Shown: positions 43,021-53,339, counted from the whole stretch's first letter. The stretch is 61,727 nt of DNA, filler included, from Candidatus Fermentibacterota bacterium (GCA_016928395.1; 6 parts of 6 records of this genome joined end to end with filler, not necessarily neighbours in it), one strand, 5' to 3'. Numbers and translations are program-made. The notes: a model not told the origin generated them from the letters alone.

Positions 43021-43449
43021 GGGTTCAGGGTTCGACTCGCTCCGCGAGCAGCTTCCGGGGTTCAGGGTTCAGTGCGGCCTCTGAGGACGCCGGGCTCCCT
43101 CAGAATTCTCAGGGTTGAGAGTACAGCCGGCAGTTGGCTATTGGCTATCGGCTGTCAGCTATCGGCTATCGGCCCTCAGCTATCAGGCCCGCCCAGCGCT
43201 ACGAGAAACCGTTGCCGTGGTAGGGGCGATCGTCCCTGGTCGCCCGCCGCCGGATCGGGGTCGGTATCGCTATCGTTGTCGTTATCGCAATCGTTTCCCG
43301 TGTCGTCATCGACGAGCCGGGTCAGTCGAGTACGAGTTTCGCATGTTCTCCCAAACAAGTGGGGGGCCCGGGCTCGCCCGGACGATACATAGCGCAACTT
43401 CCACGCTTCCCCCCGTCATTGCCCGACTCGTTCGGGCAATCCAGGCCGA
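43021..43449. repeat. Composite REP/BIME-like repeat cluster (right copy)
   Basis: Same module order as the left cluster; includes 7 GCTATCG-like heptamers (43137-43185), GTAGGGGCGA...GGTCGCCC and a CGTC palindrome at 43414-43449. Confidence 0.75.
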
Positions 43450-43453
43450 CGCA

Positions 43454-43553
43454 NNNNNNNNNNNNNNNNNNNNNNNNNNNNNNNNNNNNNNNNNNNNTTA
43501 ATTAATTAANNNNNNNNNNNNNNNNNNNNNNNNNNNNNNNNNNNNNNNNNNNN
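43454..43553. other. Artificial contig linker
   Basis: N run with TTAATTAATTAA. Confidence 0.99.
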
Positions 43554-43577
43554 CCCCCGGCCAGCGAGGGGAAACAC

Positions 43578-43610
43578 GGCCTGGATTGCCCGATCGCGTC
43601 GGGCAATGAC
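43578..43610 (-). repeat. Inverted copy of the CGTC-type palindromic repeat
   Basis: GGCCTGGATTGCCCGATCGCGTCGGGCAATGAC is a near-exact reverse complement of the 42149 and 43414 units. Confidence 0.8.
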
Positions 43611-43632
43611 AGAGGCGGAAGGCAGTGCAACG

Positions 43633-43730
43633 TCACTCCTATCTCCTATCTCCTCACTCCTATCTCCTCACTCCTCACTCCTCTCTCCTCACTCCTCACT
43701 CCTCACTCCTCACTCCTCTCTCCTCACTCC
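43633..43730 (+). repeat. Tandem heptamer repeat, 14 units
   Basis: TCACTCC, TATCTCC and TCTCTCC units, uninterrupted. Confidence 0.95.
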
Positions 43731-43939
43731 AGAGAGAGCGAAGCAAGGCGACCTCCGGCGTGGGTGACGCGTGGGACCCATCCCGGTGTTCTTGGAAGGG
43801 AATGTCGATATCTCATCATGATGCGCCCTTGAGGATCTCTGCCTTGGTGCGCCATGATGTCGTTCGGTGAACATCACACACCAACTCAGGGTAACACTGC
43901 CATACGCACCCGGTAGCACATGAAGAGGAGAGTCATTCC

Positions 43940-46228
43940 ATGAACGGCATGAGAGTTTCCCTTGTCGCTTGTCTCGCATTCATCTCGCTGGCGCTGGGCG
44001 CCACTCACGCCTACCCCATCCGTGGCTTCGTGGTGGACGCCACCTCCGGAGAACCGCTTCCGGTGGCCAATGTCTGGTTGGAGGGCACATCCCGCGGCAC
44101 CGCGGCGAATCTCGACGGCTACTTCGTTATCAATGACCTGGAGCCGGGCCGGCATACCCTTCAGGTCTCCTATGTCGGCTACCACACGGCACGCACACCC
44201 GTGGAAGTCACCACGATCCTGATGGAGCCCATCAGGATTGAACTGCTCCCCGAGGCCGTGCAACTCGATGCGGTGGAGATCGTGGCCGAGGAGGAAAGCG
44301 CAGCCGAAGAGAGGATCAGCCCGCGGGTTTCCACCGTGCCGGTGGATGGATTGACTATCCGCTCGATGCCTTCCCTCATGGCGGAAATGGATATCCTTCG
44401 GGCCGTGCAGACCATCCCCGGCGTCAAGGCATCTTCCGACCTCAGCAGCGCGCCGTACATCCGGGGAGGAAGCCCTGACCAGACCCTCATTCTCATGGAT
44501 CACAACGTCGTATACAACCCCTCCCACCTCTTCGGGCTGTTCAGCACATTCAACGCCGATGCGGTGAAGCGCCTCGAACTCATCAAGGGCGGGTTCCCCG
44601 CGGAGTATGGAGGCCGTAGCGGCAGCGTCTTGGATGTCATCACCAATGAGGGAAACCGCCGACAGGCCAAGGGTCTGTTCTCCGTCGGCGTCATCTCGGC
44701 CCGTGGCGCCTTGGAGGGGCCCTTACCCCAGGGCCGCGGGTCGTATGCGGTCTCCGCCCGCCGGACCTACTTCGAACCGATCCTGGAGGCGCTGCGCAAG
44801 GCATACGATACCGATATCCCCGACTATCACTTTTACGATGCCAACGGCAAGCTTAACTTCGACATCTCACCCAAAACTACCCTCACGGTGGCTGGCTACT
44901 TGGGCAATGACCTCATGACCGCGGAATTCGGGGACCCGGATGAACGGCTTGGTATCACGATGGCCTGGGGCAATCGTTCCGTCACCAGCAGGCTGCGTCA
45001 CGTGCTGTCGCAGAACCTGTTCCTCTCCATGGGGGCCGGAGTCAGCCGCTATCGCTCCAGGTGGTCATTCGACTCCGACGGCGTCATGCTGGAGGAGGCG
45101 AGAAACACTTTGCTGGACTACTCATTCAAGGCCGATCTGGAGATGCTGGGCCGTGAGAAACACCGGGTGAAAGCCGGGATCAGCGTGAACGACTACATCA
45201 TAAACTTCGTGGACAAGGCTGAGGACGTGACCTGGGTGGACGTCGACACCTCTACGGTCAATGTCGCGGCGTATGTCCAGGACACGTGGCGAGTGAGCCC
45301 TCTGCTGGAGATCCAGCCCGGCCTCCGCGCCTACTACCACCACGCGGGCAAGCATGCTCGCGTGGATCCGCGGCTATCCCTGGTGTATCACCACGGTCCA
45401 AAGATGCGCGTCAAGCTCTCCGCCGGCCGCTACACCCAGTGGATCAATGTCATCACCTTTGGCGAAGGGTTCAGCAACTTTGACATATGGCTGCCGGTGG
45501 ATGGCTCGATGAAGCCGACGCACACGACCCAGACGGTCGTGGGCTTCGAGTATGACCCCACGCCCGAACTCCAGTTCACCACCGAGGCCTACTATACCGA
45601 CATGAAGAACCTGACAACTTTCGACATGCTCACTGACGAGGGAGAGGTGGGGGCGGACGCCTTTGTCACCGGCAAGGGCTTCGCCTACGGCCTGGAGTGG
45701 ATGCTGCGCCGCAATGTCGGTCGAACCACGGGCTGGATCGGCTACTCCCTGTCGTGGACGAAGCGCCGGTTTCCCCATACCTATGTGAACAACGGCGACT
45801 GGTTCTATCCCCGGTGGGATCGCCGGCACGACTTCATAGTAGTAGCCAACCGCGCTCTCAGCAGCCGGTGGGACCTGTCCACATCCTGGCGCTACAACAC
45901 CGGCCAGGGATTCACCCAGGCCCTGGGCATGTACACGGTCAGGGAGCCCGGTGTGCCGCCGGACTGGATGTTCGGTGACGGGCGCGTGGTTCTGCCGGGC
46001 TCAATGAACAACTACCGCTTCCCGGCAGACCATCGGCTCGACATCACGGCAAGCTACAAACACAAGATGTTCGGCCTTCCCGCCAAGCTCAATCTGAGTG
46101 TGTACAATGTCTACAGCCGCCGCAGTCATTGGATCAGGTACTACGACACTGAAGAGAATCCGGTGGACGTCACCGATGTCAAGCTCTTGCCCATCGTTCC
46201 GCTCCTCTCCTACGAAGTGAGGTTCTAG
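43940..46228 (+). CDS. TonB-dependent receptor with an N-terminal CarboxypepD_reg-like domain
   Basis: GFVVDATSGEPLP, plug IRGGSPDQ...NPSHLFG...KGGFPAEYGGR, C-terminal YEVRF. Confidence 0.93.
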   Translation: MNGMRVSLVACLAFISLALGATHAYPIRGFVVDATSGEPLPVANVWLEGTSRGTAANLDGYFVINDLEPGRHTLQVSYVGYHTARTPVEVTTILMEPIRIELLPEAVQLDAVEIVAEEESAAEERISPRVSTVPVDGLTIRSMPSLMAEMDILRAVQTIPGVKASSDLSSAPYIRGGSPDQTLILMDHNVVYNPSHLFGLFSTFNADAVKRLELIKGGFPAEYGGRSGSVLDVITNEGNRRQAKGLFSVGVISARGALEGPLPQGRGSYAVSARRTYFEPILEALRKAYDTDIPDYHFYDANGKLNFDISPKTTLTVAGYLGNDLMTAEFGDPDERLGITMAWGNRSVTSRLRHVLSQNLFLSMGAGVSRYRSRWSFDSDGVMLEEARNTLLDYSFKADLEMLGREKHRVKAGISVNDYIINFVDKAEDVTWVDVDTSTVNVAAYVQDTWRVSPLLEIQPGLRAYYHHAGKHARVDPRLSLVYHHGPKMRVKLSAGRYTQWINVITFGEGFSNFDIWLPVDGSMKPTHTTQTVVGFEYDPTPELQFTTEAYYTDMKNLTTFDMLTDEGEVGADAFVTGKGFAYGLEWMLRRNVGRTTGWIGYSLSWTKRRFPHTYVNNGDWFYPRWDRRHDFIVVANRALSSRWDLSTSWRYNTGQGFTQALGMYTVREPGVPPDWMFGDGRVVLPGSMNNYRFPADHRLDITASYKHKMFGLPAKLNLSVYNVYSRRSHWIRYYDTEENPVDVTDVKLLPIVPLLSYEVRF

Positions 46229-46230
46229 CC

Positions 46231-47100
46231 GTGAAGAGAAGTGTCAAACCCGTCCGAATCACCTTGTCGGTGCTCTCACCGCTGCTGGCTCTGCTACTCA
46301 TGCCCGGTTGCGATTCGACACCCACCGAAGTCGACAACTACGATCCGGAGCCGGTCCTCACCGCCTACCTCGTTCGCGGCGAACCGGTGCGTGAAATCTA
46401 CCTGCAGCGGGTCGCTCCGGTGACAGGGTTCTATGACCCCCAGGATCATGGCATTGTCGGGGCGGAGCTGTTCCTCGCAAGGCTCGATATGCTGCCCGAC
46501 ACCCTCCGTTTCCATGACGATCCAGAGGAACGCGGCCACTACCTCCCGGACGACACCACATGGGTGCCTGAAGGCAAGGCTCGCTATCGCATTGAGGCTC
46601 GGTTCGGCGGTGAGCAGGTGTGGGCCGAAACCGTCGTGCCCGACAGCTTTGACCTGACCGTGCTCCCCAGGCCAATCGCGGGGGACACGCTGACGCGCGA
46701 AGACGATAACATCTTCTTGCAGTGGACCGCGTCAGACAGCGCCGGAGGGTACACGTTCAACATCATGTCGCTGGCTGATGAAGACTCGTTGGTTCCTCTT
46801 GATCCCGACTATGATCCCGAGGATGCCGACGAGGATTCGCTGGGCAGAAGCGGCGGGTGGATGATGCGTGAGGATCAGCGCACGCTCACCATCCCGTGGA
46901 TCATGTTCTACTGGTCCGGCCCGTACCGCATGTCCGTGATGGCGGTGACAAAGGACTACTATGACTACTCATTCGCGTGGTTGAGGATTATGAGCGGCAG
47001 CGAGGTCACGCTTCCCACCAACATTCACGGCGGCATCGGCATCTTCGCCGGTCTTTCCCGGCATCAGTTCGAGTTCTACATGAAACCCACCGACGAGTGA
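46231..47100 (+). CDS. DUF4249-family lipoprotein
   Basis: Lipobox-like MPGC; AETVVP and TNIHGGIGIF motifs; directly after the TonB receptor. Confidence 0.8.
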   Translation: MKRSVKPVRITLSVLSPLLALLLMPGCDSTPTEVDNYDPEPVLTAYLVRGEPVREIYLQRVAPVTGFYDPQDHGIVGAELFLARLDMLPDTLRFHDDPEERGHYLPDDTTWVPEGKARYRIEARFGGEQVWAETVVPDSFDLTVLPRPIAGDTLTREDDNIFLQWTASDSAGGYTFNIMSLADEDSLVPLDPDYDPEDADEDSLGRSGGWMMREDQRTLTIPWIMFYWSGPYRMSVMAVTKDYYDYSFAWLRIMSGSEVTLPTNIHGGIGIFAGLSRHQFEFYMKPTDE

Positions 47101-47184
47101 GCGGCAGGAAGGAAGGGTGGATGGCCTGTGCGGGGCTGCGAGGAGACGGCGACCTCCTCGCGGAGCGGGCCGGACGGCTCGTTA

Positions 47185-49425
47185 CTACCCCCCTCGAACC
47201 TGGAGCGCGCCCCCATAGGCCTTGAGGCGGCGAACCTTGCCGTCAGCGAATCTGACGTCAACCTGGAGGTTTCGGCCTTCTCCGTGTCGACCCACGACCA
47301 TGCCGGTGCCCCATTCGGGATGATCCACCAGCTTGCCCATGGCCAGTATGCCGCCGACGGGAAGCTGTGAGGTCTCGTAGTCCAGCACGGCCTCGCCGGG
47401 TTCCGTGGGGCCGGGAGGAACCGGCCGTGCCTGACGCGCGAAGTGCGACGGTCGAATCCGGGGAGAAACACGCCTGCCACCTCTGTTCTCCACACATTCA
47501 GGTGGGAGCTCCGCCAGAAACCGTGAAGCGCGCCCTCCCCCCATGGCGAACCCCCCCTGATACCGGAACCGCGCCCATGTGAGGAACAATCGCTCTTGTG
47601 CCCGGGTCATGCCGACATACAGCAGGCGCCGTTCCTCTTCCAGCTCCTCCGGGCTCCCCAGGCTCCGATGCCACGGCAACAGGCCGTCTTCCAGGCCGAC
47701 CACGTAGACCACGGGAAACTCCAGCCCCTTGGCGCAGTGAAGCGTCATCATCGTGACCATGCTCCCGCCCAACTCCGTCTCATCGATATCCGTGATCAGG
47801 GCGACTTCCTCCAGAAAAGCACGGAGCGAATCGTCACCTTCGGGCGCGGTGTAGGTCGCGGTGGCCGTCAGGAACTCCTGGATGTTCTCCGCCCTGCCCT
47901 CGGCCTCAACTGTATGTTCTTTGCTGTACAGCTCGATGAGACTCAGTTCACGCTCCAGCGTCGCCACCAGTTCCCCCACCGGAACACGCTCCCGGAGCGC
48001 CTCCAGCGTTCGAAACAGGTCAGCCAGCGTCTTGAGGCCGCGCTGCGCCTTGCCGGCGATATCTCCCGCATCGTCAGAGCGCAGCAGGGCTTCGTACAGG
48101 GAGATTCCTCGGCTTACCGCAAACTGGCGAAGGGTCTCGCGGGTCTTGTCGCCGACGCCCCGGGGCGGGACGTTGAGGATCCTGAGCAGACTGATCTCGT
48201 CGCGGGGATTGGCGACGATCCTCAGATAGGCCAAGAGGTCCTTGATTTCCTTGCGTTCGTAGAAGCGGATGCCGCCAACGATGCGGTACGGAATGCCCGC
48301 GCGGCGGAATGCTTCTTCCAGAGCCCTCGATTGGGCATTAATCCGGTAGAGCACGGCCTGGGCGCCAAAGGGCAATCCCTTGGTGGCCAGATCAGCAACG
48401 CGCACCGCCACCTGGTATGCCTCGTCCTGCTCGTCCATGCAGTCGACCACCATGACCGGGGCGCCGGGCTCGCGGTCGGTCCACAGCTTCTTCTCCTTGC
48501 GGCTTTGGTTGTTGGCCACCACGGAAGATGCCGCATGGAGGATGCTGGCGGTGGACCGGTAGTTCTGCTCCAACCACACGGTACGGGCATCGGGAAAATC
48601 ACTCTCGAATCCCAGTATGTTGCGGACTTGGGCGCCTCGCCACCGGTAGATGCTCTGATCATCGTCTCCCACGACGCAGATATTGCGGCGCTCGCCTACG
48701 AGGCCTTTGAGCAGTACGTACTGGGCATGATTGGTGTCTTGGTACTCGTCCACAAGAATGTGGTCAAATCGGCGGCGATAGACCTCCTGGATATCGGGCC
48801 GCTCTGAAAAGAGCCGAATGGGCAGAATCAGAAGATCATCGAAGTCGGCCGCATTATTGTCGCGGAGACCGCTCTCGTAACGCTCATACACATCGGCCAC
48901 CGCGAATTCATACGGGCCTCGGGCGCGCGAGCGATACCGGGAGGGGCTCACCAGATCGTTCTTGGCCCGGGAGATGGAACTTCTGATCTGCTGCGGAGGA
49001 TGCTGTGAGGCCGAGACCCCGACCTCCTCGCACACCCGCTTCACCAGCCGCAGCGAGTCGTCGGAATCAAAGATCGTGAAATCGGTGCGAAGACCGATGG
49101 TGTCGAGGTGACGCCTGAGAATCCGGGCGAACAGTGAGTGAAACGTACCCACCCACATCCTGGCCGCAGAGTCGCCCAGAAGGCCGATGAGCCGCTCTTT
49201 CATCTCGCCCGCGGCCTTGTTCGTGAAGGTGACCGCCAAAATGCACTCCGGGGGCACGTGCGCGTACCCGACGAGGTACGCGATGCGGAAGGTGAGGACC
49301 CGGGTCTTGCCGCTTCCGGCGCCGGCCAGCACCAGCAGAGGCCCGTCTCCATAGGTGACGGCCTCCAGCTGTGGCGGATTCAGGGCACGGCGGAGTGACG
49401 CCAGGAACGTGTCGGATCCGGTCAC
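47185..49425 (-). CDS. pcrA: ATP-dependent DNA helicase PcrA/UvrD
   Basis: LAGAGSGKT, VDEYQDTN, VGDDDQSIY, LEQNYRS, HCAKGLEF and EERRLLYVGMTRA motifs; C-terminal Tudor-like domain. Confidence 0.96.
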   Translation of the reverse strand: MTGSDTFLASLRRALNPPQLEAVTYGDGPLLVLAGAGSGKTRVLTFRIAYLVGYAHVPPECILAVTFTNKAAGEMKERLIGLLGDSAARMWVGTFHSLFARILRRHLDTIGLRTDFTIFDSDDSLRLVKRVCEEVGVSASQHPPQQIRSSISRAKNDLVSPSRYRSRARGPYEFAVADVYERYESGLRDNNAADFDDLLILPIRLFSERPDIQEVYRRRFDHILVDEYQDTNHAQYVLLKGLVGERRNICVVGDDDQSIYRWRGAQVRNILGFESDFPDARTVWLEQNYRSTASILHAASSVVANNQSRKEKKLWTDREPGAPVMVVDCMDEQDEAYQVAVRVADLATKGLPFGAQAVLYRINAQSRALEEAFRRAGIPYRIVGGIRFYERKEIKDLLAYLRIVANPRDEISLLRILNVPPRGVGDKTRETLRQFAVSRGISLYEALLRSDDAGDIAGKAQRGLKTLADLFRTLEALRERVPVGELVATLERELSLIELYSKEHTVEAEGRAENIQEFLTATATYTAPEGDDSLRAFLEEVALITDIDETELGGSMVTMMTLHCAKGLEFPVVYVVGLEDGLLPWHRSLGSPEELEEERRLLYVGMTRAQERLFLTWARFRYQGGFAMGGGRASRFLAELPPECVENRGGRRVSPRIRPSHFARQARPVPPGPTEPGEAVLDYETSQLPVGGILAMGKLVDHPEWGTGMVVGRHGEGRNLQVDVRFADGKVRRLKAYGGALQVRGG

Positions 49426-49542
49426 GTCTTCACTCCACCCGCCGCGAGGTCAGGCCTGCACAGTGGGTTCCTCTCGACAGCTTCCCATGACACGGGAGAC
49501 GGGGCGCCTGAGATCGGTATCGCGCCGCGCATGTTCCGGCTG

Positions 49543-50973
49543 TCAGTACGCCTTTGCGAACAAGACGCGCGTTCGAGAGGGCTTCCCCGAGAGGATACAG
49601 CGGCCATCCTCTTCGTCGCCGTCCAAGGGTATGAGACGCACGGTAGCCTTCGTACGTTCCTTGATCTCGGCCTCCACCTCGGGGTCGCCCGACCAGTGCG
49701 CCCAGACAAAGGCGGAGCCGTCGCGGAAGATCTCCTCGAACTCCTCCCAGGAGTCGACACTGTGGGTGTTCTGGTCACGGAACGACCGTGCCCGCTCCAA
49801 GAGGTCGCGCTGCATGGCCTCGGCGGTCTGCTGGATATGATCGGCGAGGCCTTCCATGGGAGCCGTGGTCTTCGGCTTGGTGTCGCGTCGGACTACCGTC
49901 ACCTGACCCTGCGCCAGGTCTCGTGGCCCGATCTCGATCCGGATGGGCACTCCTCGCAGCTCCCACTCGGTGAACTTGCGGCCTGGCTTGGCGGTATCGC
50001 GATCGTCAACCACGGTACGCCATGCCTTGGGGAACTGCCGGGCGGCGGCGTGGGCCGCCTCCAAAACCGCTGTCCGTTCCTCATCGCTCCTGTAGATGGG
50101 CACGATCACCGCCAACTGAGGTGCAAGCCGAGGCGGGATGACCAACCCGTCATCATCGCTGTGGGTCATCACCAGGCCACCCACCAGGCGCGTTGAGACG
50201 CCCCAACTCGTGGCCCACACGTATTCCTGAACCCCTTCCGGTGAGAGGTACGTCACATCGAAAGCCTTGGCAAAGTTCTGGCCCAAATCGTGGCTCGTGC
50301 CCGCCTGCAGCGATTTCCCATCCTGCATCAAAGCTTCAATGCAGTAGGTTACCAAAGCGCCGGGGAACTTCTCGGCATCGGTCTTGCGGCCCACGTGCAC
50401 GGGCATGGCCATGTACTCTTCGGCGAATTGGCGGTAAACATCCAGCATCTGCAGCGCTTCACGATGGGAGTCTTCGTGGGTGGCATGGGCGGTGTGCCCC
50501 TCCTGCCACAAAAACTCGGTGGTGCGCAGGAACAATCTGGTCCGCATCTCCCACCGCACGACATTGGCCCATTGGTTTATCAGCAGCGGAAGGTCGCGGT
50601 ATGAACGAATCCACTTGCGATACATGCTCCAGATGATGGTCTCGCTGGTAGGCCTTATGTAGAGGGGCTCCTCCAGGGGCTTGCCGCCGCCCATGGTGAC
50701 CACCGCGCACTCGGGCGAAAAGCCCTCGACGTGCTCAGCCTCCTTGCGCATGAAGCTCTCTGGGATCAGCAGGGGGAAATAGGCATTGGAGTGGCCCGTA
50801 TCCTTGAAGAGCCCATCCAATCCCGACTGCATCTTCTCCCAGATGCCATACCCATTGGGGCGAATAACCATGCACCCCTTGACCGGCGCATAGTCAGCCA
50901 GTTCCGCATTGAGGACGACGTCCACATACCACTGGGCGTAGTCCTCGCTCCGAGGAGTGATGACGCGTGCCAC
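49543..50973 (-). CDS. proS: Proline--tRNA ligase, archaeal/eukaryotic-like type
   Basis: [44 protein letters not shown] and C-terminal FAKAY. Confidence 0.97.
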   Translation of the reverse strand: MARVITPRSEDYAQWYVDVVLNAELADYAPVKGCMVIRPNGYGIWEKMQSGLDGLFKDTGHSNAYFPLLIPESFMRKEAEHVEGFSPECAVVTMGGGKPLEEPLYIRPTSETIIWSMYRKWIRSYRDLPLLINQWANVVRWEMRTRLFLRTTEFLWQEGHTAHATHEDSHREALQMLDVYRQFAEEYMAMPVHVGRKTDAEKFPGALVTYCIEALMQDGKSLQAGTSHDLGQNFAKAFDVTYLSPEGVQEYVWATSWGVSTRLVGGLVMTHSDDDGLVIPPRLAPQLAVIVPIYRSDEERTAVLEAAHAAARQFPKAWRTVVDDRDTAKPGRKFTEWELRGVPIRIEIGPRDLAQGQVTVVRRDTKPKTTAPMEGLADHIQQTAEAMQRDLLERARSFRDQNTHSVDSWEEFEEIFRDGSAFVWAHWSGDPEVEAEIKERTKATVRLIPLDGDEEDGRCILSGKPSRTRVLFAKAY

Positions 50974-51056
50974 TCCAACCTCCCGCCATGGATCAAACCA
51001 CCGGGCCGCCGTGGGTCATGGCCTGCGTGCCACGGCCCAGGTGGTACCAGAGGTGA

Positions 51057-51224
51057 CTAGAACAAAGTGTAGATAAACGGTGCCAGGGCAGAGCCTTCGG
51101 TGAAGATGATGAGAAGACTCATGAGAAGAAGCACCAAGACAATGGGGCCAAGCCACCACTTCTTGCGAACCTTGAGAAAATCCCAGAACTCAGCGAAGAT
51201 GCTGAGCTTTCCCGGCTGTGCCAT
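51057..51224 (-). CDS. DUF5989/SxtK-like small membrane protein (55 aa, absent from the ORF track)
   Basis: Manual translation MAQPGKLSIFAEFWDFLKVRKKWWLGPIVLVLLLMSLLIIFTEGSALAPFIYTLF; AAGGAG RBS. Confidence 0.9.
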   Translation of the reverse strand: MAQPGKLSIFAEFWDFLKVRKKWWLGPIVLVLLLMSLLIIFTEGSALAPFIYTLF

Positions 51225-51285
51225 GGATGGCTCCTTTCGGACATGCGACCGCCCTCAACGCCTGGTCGCGCGAGGCAGCCTCTCT

Positions 51286-53076
51286 TCAGTCTAGTTCAAA
51301 CCTAGTGCGCCAGTCGTCAGCCTCTTTCATGGGTTCCATGTCGGTCTTGTTCAGGATGAAGCTTCCCATGACGAGGTGATCCATGTGGGTACGCATGAAA
51401 TCCACGAAGGCCTCGTCCGGCGTGCACACGATGGGCTCCCCGCGGACATTGAAACTCGTATTGATGATCACCGGGCAGCCCGTCCGCTGCCGGAAAGTAT
51501 TGATCAGGTCGTAGTAGAGCGGATTCTCGTGTCGGTTGATGGTCTGGATTCGGGCCGAACCATCCACATGCGTCACCGCCGGTATGGTCCGGTGGTCCTC
51601 GCGAACCTGGGCCACCAGCAGCATGTAGGGGCTGGGTCGATCCAGCTCGAAATACTGGCTGACATACTCCTCAAGAACCGTGGGGGCGAAGGGGCGGAAG
51701 CTCTCGCGGAACTTGATGGCCAGATTCACCTTATCACGATTCTCTCCATTGCGCGCATCGGCAATGATGGATCGGGCGCCCAGGGCGCGGGGGCCATACT
51801 CCATACGACCCTGGAACCATCCGACAACCTTCTGGGCCTCAATGAGCTTGGAGGTCTGCTCCAGCAGGTCGTTTCGGCTATACTTGGTGAACTCGATCTT
51901 GGTGCTGGTTCGATACCGTTGGGCATCCTCACATACGGCAAACGAGACAGGCTGTCCGGTGAGATAGCGTTCGATCTCGTCGTCGCTGAACTCTGGCCCC
52001 AGGAACGCATTCTCCCAGTTGCCGTTTCGGGGGTTTCCTAGCAGTGTGTGATAAATGAATCCCGCTGCACCCAGCGCACCTCCGGCATCGCCCGCCGCCG
52101 GCTGCACGAAGAGATCCTTGAACGGAGTCTCACGGATGATGCGGCCATTGGCCACGCAGTTCAACGCCACGCCGCCCGCCATGCAGAGGTACTGCTGACC
52201 GGTCACGGCATGAAGGTGACGCGCCATCCGCAGCACGATCTCCTCCGTAACCTTCTGCACGCTCATGGCGATATCTTTGTGATGCTGTTCAAGTTTGGAC
52301 TCGGCCTTCCGGGGAGGATAACCGAAAAAGCCAGCGAATGCCTTGTTGGTCATGGTGAGACCATGGTCATACGAGAAGTACTTCATGTTCAGGCGGAACG
52401 ACCCATCCTCACGAACACAGACCATGTCACCCATGATCTTGTCGTAGAAGACCGGTCTGCCGTATGGCGCCAGGCCCATGACTTTGTACTCTGCCGAGTT
52501 GACCTTAAACCCCAGATAACTGGTGAACGCGGAATAGAGCAGGCCCAGGGAATGGGGAAACTTGATCTCGTGGAAGATCTTGATGTCGCTTCCCTTGCCC
52601 TCGCCCAAGGTCGCCGTCGCCCATTCACCCACACCATCGACGGTAAGAATCGCCGCTTCTTCAAACGGGCTGTAGAGAAACGCGCTGGCCGCATGGCTCT
52701 GGTGATGCTCGGTGAAGATGACCTGTCCGTGATAATCCAGTTCTTTGTGAATGAGCTGCCGCATCCAGAGCTTCTTGCGCAACCACAGAGGAAGGGCCTT
52801 GGTGAAGGAGGCGAAGCTCTGGGGAAACGTTGCCAGATAGGTCATGATGATTCGTTCGAACTTTATAAACGGCTTGTCGTAGAATCCGACATAGTCAAGA
52901 TCCTTGGTCGTGATGCCGCCCTGTTTCAGGCAGTAGGCGATGGCATTGGTGGGAAACTCATGGTCATGCCGCACCCTCGTGAAGCGCTCTTCATGGGCGG
53001 CGGCAACCAGCTTCCCGTCCTGAATGAGGCAGGCGGCCGAATCGTGATAAAAGCAACTGATGCCGAGGATGTTCAT
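51286..53076 (-). CDS. Carbamoyltransferase, NodU/CmcH family
   Basis: ILGISCFYHDSAA, EHHQSHAASAF, DGVGE, AGGVALNC, GPRALGARS, FRPFAP and NTSFNVRGEP motifs. Real start/stop as in the ORF track. Confidence 0.96.
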   Translation of the reverse strand: MNILGISCFYHDSAACLIQDGKLVAAAHEERFTRVRHDHEFPTNAIAYCLKQGGITTKDLDYVGFYDKPFIKFERIIMTYLATFPQSFASFTKALPLWLRKKLWMRQLIHKELDYHGQVIFTEHHQSHAASAFLYSPFEEAAILTVDGVGEWATATLGEGKGSDIKIFHEIKFPHSLGLLYSAFTSYLGFKVNSAEYKVMGLAPYGRPVFYDKIMGDMVCVREDGSFRLNMKYFSYDHGLTMTNKAFAGFFGYPPRKAESKLEQHHKDIAMSVQKVTEEIVLRMARHLHAVTGQQYLCMAGGVALNCVANGRIIRETPFKDLFVQPAAGDAGGALGAAGFIYHTLLGNPRNGNWENAFLGPEFSDDEIERYLTGQPVSFAVCEDAQRYRTSTKIEFTKYSRNDLLEQTSKLIEAQKVVGWFQGRMEYGPRALGARSIIADARNGENRDKVNLAIKFRESFRPFAPTVLEEYVSQYFELDRPSPYMLLVAQVREDHRTIPAVTHVDGSARIQTINRHENPLYYDLINTFRQRTGCPVIINTSFNVRGEPIVCTPDEAFVDFMRTHMDHLVMGSFILNKTDMEPMKEADDWRTRFELD

Positions 53077-53096
53077 GCGCGCGCTCCGGTGCGGGG

Positions 53097-53339
53097 CTAG
53101 AATTGCTTGAAGTAGGCCGTTATCTCCGTGGGGGAGGGCTCCTTGGGGGCATAGAAGGTCGATGCGGGATCAGGGAATCTCTTGGCCAGCGGATCGGCCT
53201 TTCCCAATGCCAGGACCAACCTCCCGGGGCCAAAGACACACAGATACGAAAGCGTCATGACCAACTGGGTCTGGAATCGCCCGAACGTGTGACCGAAACG
53301 TTTCCAATAGTGCCAGAGGGTACTCAAGGTTGTGCGCAA
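53097..53339 (-). CDS. SxtJ-like small membrane protein
   Basis: WKRFGHTFG...YLCVFGP...DPL...KQF; immediately upstream of the carbamoyltransferase. Confidence 0.75.
   Translation of the reverse strand: MRTTLSTLWHYWKRFGHTFGRFQTQLVMTLSYLCVFGPGRLVLALGKADPLAKRFPDPASTFYAPKEPSPTEITAYFKQF

Noticed and set aside
9971..43553. Five identical TTAATTAATTAA palindromes inside N runs
   Set aside because: These are artificial contig separators. ORFs running into X residues and any cross-linker operons are artefacts.
41675..43730. CRISPR array
   Set aside because: The repeats are degenerate and irregularly spaced, with no constant-length spacers and no cas genes.
51057..53339. Saxitoxin biosynthesis
   Set aside because: Only the widespread I/J/K-like families are present; there are no sxtA-, sxtG- or sxtB-like genes.
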